Assembly (NCBI GenBank): GCA_964035575.1 | Contig: OZ037844.1 | Location: 1,736,001 to 1,791,587, forward strand | Source: Rhynchopus sp. YZ270_cl-10 | Taxonomy: Eukaryota | Length of the DNA stretch: 55,587 nucleotides | Direction of reading: 5' to 3' | Shown: positions 50,801 through 55,587 of the stretch, in pieces | Numbering within the stretch: position 1 is the stretch's first letter | Layout: each line of letters begins with the position of its first letter | Notes under the pieces: generated by a model | Seen by the model: only the letters and a program-made list of their open reading frames with translations | Database searches by the model: none | Told to the model about the DNA's origin: nothing | Made by a program: the position numbers and the translations under genes

Positions 50801-53703
50801 TAAACCCGCAAACCCGCAAACCCGCAAACCCGCAAACCCGCAAACCCGCAAACCCGCAAACCCGCAAACCCGCAAACCCGCAAACCCGCAAACCCGCAAT
50901 TTTTTGTCAAAATGTGCATAATTTAGGTCCATTTTCATGCAGATTTTGTGATTTTTTGTCAATTTTTGCAAAATTTGTAAATTTTTCACTTTTTGTCAAT
51001 TTTTGCCTATTTTTGTAAATTTTGCATATTTTTGCAAATTCTGCAAAATTTCAATTTTCGACTTTTTAGATAGCCGGAAACTGTGGCTTGTATTTTTGAG
51101 AAAATGGAAGATTTTGCACTTTTAGCATTTTTTTGAAAATTTAGCATTTTTGTGTAAATTTAGCATTTTTTGCATTTTTTGGAATTTTTGGAATTTTTGG
51201 AATTTTGGAAATTTTGTCAAATTCTGCAAAATTTGTTGGATCTGCATGCAGATTTTGCCAGATTTTGCACTTTTCTGCAAAATTTCAAAAATGCTGATTT
51301 AGCATTTTTCCGGTTTTTTTAGACCCGGATATTTTTTTGCATAATTGTGCAAAATTTTGCACAATTACGTACAATTTTCATGCACAATTCTCCAAAATTT
51401 TGCAAAAAATGACAAAATTCACTGTTCAATTTTCCGGTTCCTTATAGAGCCGGATTTTTTTTTGCATAATTCTGCAAAATTTTTTTTTTGCAAATTTTGC
51501 AAAAGTGGAACTTTAGTTGGTGTGGTAATGAAGCACAACAGAGGCCATTTAGCAGCCCAGGATGCGTCGCGGGCGCTTCGCGCCCGCTCCGCGGTCCCGC
51601 ATGCCATTTAGCAGCCCAGGATGCGTCGCGGGCGCTTCGCGCCCGCTCCGCGGTCCCGCATTCCCGCATTCCCGCAAACCCGCAAACCCGCAAACCCGCA
51701 AACCCGCAAACCCGCAAACCCGCAAACCCGCAAACCCGCAAACCCGCAAACCCGCAAACCCGCAAACCCGCAAACCCGCAAACCCGCAAACCCGCAAACC
51801 CGCAAACCCGCAAACCCGTAAACCCGCAAACCCGCAAACCCGCAAACCCGCAAACCCGCAAACCCGCAAACCCGCAAACCCGCAAACCCGCAAACCCGCA
51901 AACCCGCAAACCCGCAATTTTTTGTCAAATGTGCATAATTTAGGTCCATTTTCATGCAGATTTTGTGATTTTTTGTCAATTTTTGCAAAATTTGTAAATT
52001 TTTCACTTTTTGTCAATTTTTGCCTATTTTTGTAAATTTTGCATATTTTTGCAAATTCTGCAAAATTTCAATTTCGACTTTTTAGATAGCCGGAAACTGT
52101 GGCTTGTATTTTTGAGAAAATGGAAGATTTTGCACTTTTAGCATTTTTTTGTAAATTTAGCATTTTTGTGTAAATTTAGCATTTTTTGCATTTTTTTGGA
52201 ATTTTTGGAATTTTTGGAATTTTGGAAATTTTGTCAAATTCTGCAAAATTTGTTGGATCTGCATGCAGATTTTGCCAGATTTTGCACTTTTCTGCAAAAT
52301 TTCAAAAATGCTGATTTAGCATTTTTCCGGTTTTTTTTAGACCCGGATATTTTTTTGCATAATTGTGCAAAATTTTGCACAATTACGTACAATTTTCATG
52401 CACAATTCTCCAAAATTTTGCAAAAAATGACAAAATTCACTGTTCAATTTTCCGGTTCCTTATAGAGCCGGATTTTTTTTTGCATAATTCTGCAAAATTT
52501 TTTTTTTGCAAATTTTGCAAAAGTGGAACTTTAGTTGGTGTGGTAATGAAGCACAACAGAGGCCATTTAGCAGCCCAGGATGCGTCGCGGGCGCTTCGCG
52601 CCCGCTCCGCGGTCCCGCATGCCATTTAGCAGCCCAGGATGCGTCGCGGGCGCTTCGCGCCCGCTCCGCGGTCCCGCATTCCCGCATTCCCGCAAACCCG
52701 CAAACCCGCAAACCCGCAAACCCGCAAACCCGCAAACCCGCAAACCCGCAAACCCGCAAACCGCAACCCGCAAACCCGCAAACCCGCAAACCCGCAAACC
52801 CGCAAACCCGCAAACCCGCAAACCCGCAAACCCGTAAACCCGCAAACCCGCAAACCCGCAAACCCGCAAACCCGCAAACCCGCAAACCCGCAAACCCGCA
52901 AACCCGCAAACCCGCAAACCGCAAACCCGCAATTTTTTGTCAAAATGTGCATAATTTAGGTCCATTTTCATGCAGATTTTGTGATTTTTTGTCAATTTTG
53001 CAAAATTTGTAAATTTTTCACTTTTTGTCAATTTTTGCCTATTTTTGTAAATTTTGCATATTTTTGCAAATTCTGCAAAATTTCAATTTTCGACTTTTTA
53101 GATAGCCGGAAACTGTGGCTTGTATTTTTGAGAAAATGGAAGATTTTGCACTTTAGCATTTTTTTGTAAATTTAGCATTTTTGTGTAAATTTAGCATTTT
53201 TTGCATTTTTTTGGAATTTTTGGAATTTTTGGAATTTTGGAAATTTTGTCAAATTCTGCAAAATTTGTTGGATCTGCATGCAGATTTTGCCAGATTTTGC
53301 ACTTTTCTGCAAAATTTCAAAAATGCTGATTTAGCATTTTTCGGTTTTTTTTAGACCCGGATATTTTTTTTGCATAATTGTGCAAAATTTTGCACAATTA
53401 CGTACAATTTTCATGCACAATTCTCCAAAATTTTGCAAAAATGACAAAATTCACTGTTCAATTTTCCGGTTCCTTATAGAGCCGGATTTTTTTTTGCATA
53501 ATTCTGCAAAATTTTTTTTTTTGCAAATTTTGCAAAAGTGGAACTTTAGTTGGTGTGGTAATGAAGCACAACAGAGGCCATTTAGCAGCCCAGGATGCGT
53601 CGCGGGCGCTTCGCGCCCGCTCCGCGGTCCCGCATGCCATTTAGCAGCCCAGGATGCGTCGCGGGCGCTTCGCGCCCGCTCCGCGGTCCCGCATTCCCGC
53701 ATT
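47884..53703. repeat. ~1.0-kb composite satellite, 6 copies (starts 47884, 48840, 49880, 50900, 51918, 52933): ~640-bp T-tract/TGCA block + 2x59-bp GC hairpin + ATTCCCGC variants + ~180-250-bp AAACCCGC tract
   Basis: Near-identical units differing mainly in homopolymer lengths and short sub-repeat copy number. Confidence 0.96.
48530..48647. repeat. 59-bp direct duplication, each copy with a perfect 8-bp GC hairpin (gcgggcgc-ttc-gcgcccgc); present in all six satellite units
   Basis: gccatttagcagcccaggatgcgtc at 48530 and 48589; hairpins at 48555-48573 and 48614-48632. Confidence 0.93.
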
Positions 53704-55587
53704 CCCGCAAACCCGCAAACCCGCAAACCCGCAAACCCGCAAACCCGCAAACCCGCAAACCGCAAACCCGCAAACCCGCAAACCCGCAAACCCGCAACCC
53801 GCAAACCCGCAAACCCGTAAACCCGCAAACCCGCAAACCGCAAACCCCGCAAACCCGCAAACCCGCAAACCCGCAAACGCAACCGCAAACCCGCAAACCC
53901 GCAAACCCGCAAACCCGCAAACCCGTAAACCCGCAAACCCGCAAACCCGCAAACCCGCAAACCCGCAAACCGCAAACCCGCAAACCCGCAAACCCGCAAA
54001 CCCGCAAACCCGCAAACCGCAAACCCGCAAACCCGCAAACCCGCAAACCGCAAACCCGCAAACCCGCAAACCCGCAAACCCGCAAACCCGCAAACCCGCA
54101 AACCCGCAAACCCGCAAACCCGCAAACCCGCAAACCCGCAAACCCGCAAACCCGCAAACCCGCAAACCCGCAAACCGCAAACCCGCAAACCCGCAACCCG
54201 CAAACCCGCAAACCCGCAAACCCGCAAACCCGTAAACCCGCAAACCCGCAAACCCGCAAACCCGCAAACCCGCAAACCCGCAAACCCGCAAACCCGCAAA
54301 CCCGCAAACCCGCAAACCCGCAAACCCGCAAACCCCGCAAACCCGCAAACCCGCAAACCCGCAAACCCGCAAACCCGCAAACCCGCAAACCCGCAAACCC
54401 GCAAACCCGCAAACCGCAAACCCGCAAACCCGCAAACCCGCAAACCCGCAAACCCGCAAACCCGCAAACCCGCAAACCCGCAAACCCGCAAACCCGCAAA
54501 CCCGCAAACCCGCAAACCCGCAAACCCGCAAACCCGCAAACCCGCAAACCCGCAAACCCGCAAACCCGCAAACCCGCAAACCCGCAAACCCGCAAACCCG
54601 CAAACCCGCAAACCGCAAACCCGCAAACCCGCAAACCCGCAAACCCGCAAACCCGCAAACCGCAAACCCGCAAACCCGCAAACCCGCAAACCCGCAAACC
54701 CGCAAACCCGCAAACCCGCAAACCCGCAAACCCGCAAACCCGCAAACCCGCAAACCCGCAAACCCGCAAACCCGCAAACCCGCAAACCCGCAAACCCGTA
54801 AACCCGCAAACCCGCAAACCCGCAAACCGCAAACCCGCAAACCCGCAAACCCGCAAACCCGTAAACCCGCAAACCCGCAAACCCGCAAACCCGCAAACCC
54901 GCAAACCCGCAAACCCGCAAACCCGCAAACCCGCAAACCCGCAAACCCGCAAACCGCAAACCCGCAAACCCGCAAACCCGCAAACCCGCAAACCCGCAAA
55001 CCCGCAAACCCGCAAACCCGCAAACCCGCAAACCCGCAAACCCGCAAACCCGCAAACCCGCAAAACCCGCAAACCCGCAAACCCGCAAACCCGCAAACCC
55101 GCAAACCCGCAAACCCGCAAACCCGCAAACCCGCAAACCCGCAAACCCGCAAACCCGCAAACCCGCAAACCCGCAAACCCGCAAACCCGCAAACCCGCAA
55201 ACCCGCAAACCCGCAAACCCGCAAACCCGCAAACCCGTAAACCCGCAAACCCGCAAACCCGCAAACCCGCAAACCCGCAAACCCGCAAACCGCAAACCCG
55301 CAAACCCGCAAACCCGCAAACCCGCAAACCCGCAAACCCGCAAACCCGCAAACCCGCAAACCCGCAAACCCGCAAACCCGCAAACCCGCAAACCCGTAAA
55401 CCCGCAAACCCGCAAACCCGCAAATCCGCAAACCCGCAAACCCGCAAACCCGCAAACCCGCAAACCCGCAAACCCGCAAACCCGCAAACCCGCAAACCCG
55501 CAAACCCGCAAACCCGCAAACCCGCAAACCCGCAAACCCGCAAACCCGCAAACCCGCAAACCCGCAAACCCGCAAACCCGCAAACCC
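53704..55587. repeat. (AAACCCGC)n tract running to the window end, indel-rich
   Basis: Directly visible. Confidence 0.97.

Noticed and set aside
47174..53820. Phe/Cys/Lys-rich ORFs in the 1-kb satellite
   Set aside because: Low complexity; frames change between copies with homopolymer length
48..55583. Long ORFs of (RVCGFAGL)n or (PQTRKPAN)n
   Set aside because: Translations of the stop-free 8-bp repeat, open in nearly all frames

Overview
Eukaryotic, repeat-dominated window with no ordinary single-copy genes. The scaffold is an 8-bp tandem repeat, (AAACCCGC)n, which reads TTTGCGGG on the minus strand. It always has the same polarity and looks like an unusual telomeric or subtelomeric repeat. 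Four kinds of sequence interrupt it. (1) 1-246: the 3' end of an ORF resembling the C-terminal tail of a restriction-like endonuclease (RLE) non-LTR retrotransposon, reading straight into the repeat. (2) 1168-4669: a 3.5-kb insert with CTAG at both ends and no target duplication, carrying two zinc-finger genes. (3) 5588-45148, after a 200-N gap: a head-to-tail array of about 5.3 copies of a 7.1-7.6-kb unit. Each unit has a 2.0-2.5-kb spacer-less palindrome built from a 25-bp GTGCGCAC-core minisatellite, plus two intron-containing genes. One gene ends in an OTU-like domain whose catalytic Cys appears replaced by Ser. No transposase, RT or integrase is recognisable in the unit. (4) 47167-53703: a ~1-kb satellite made of a T-tract block, a duplicated GC hairpin and an embedded AAACCCGC tract. 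Almost all ORFs in the supplied track are translations of repeats. Domain calls are by-eye motif recognition and have not been checked against databases.
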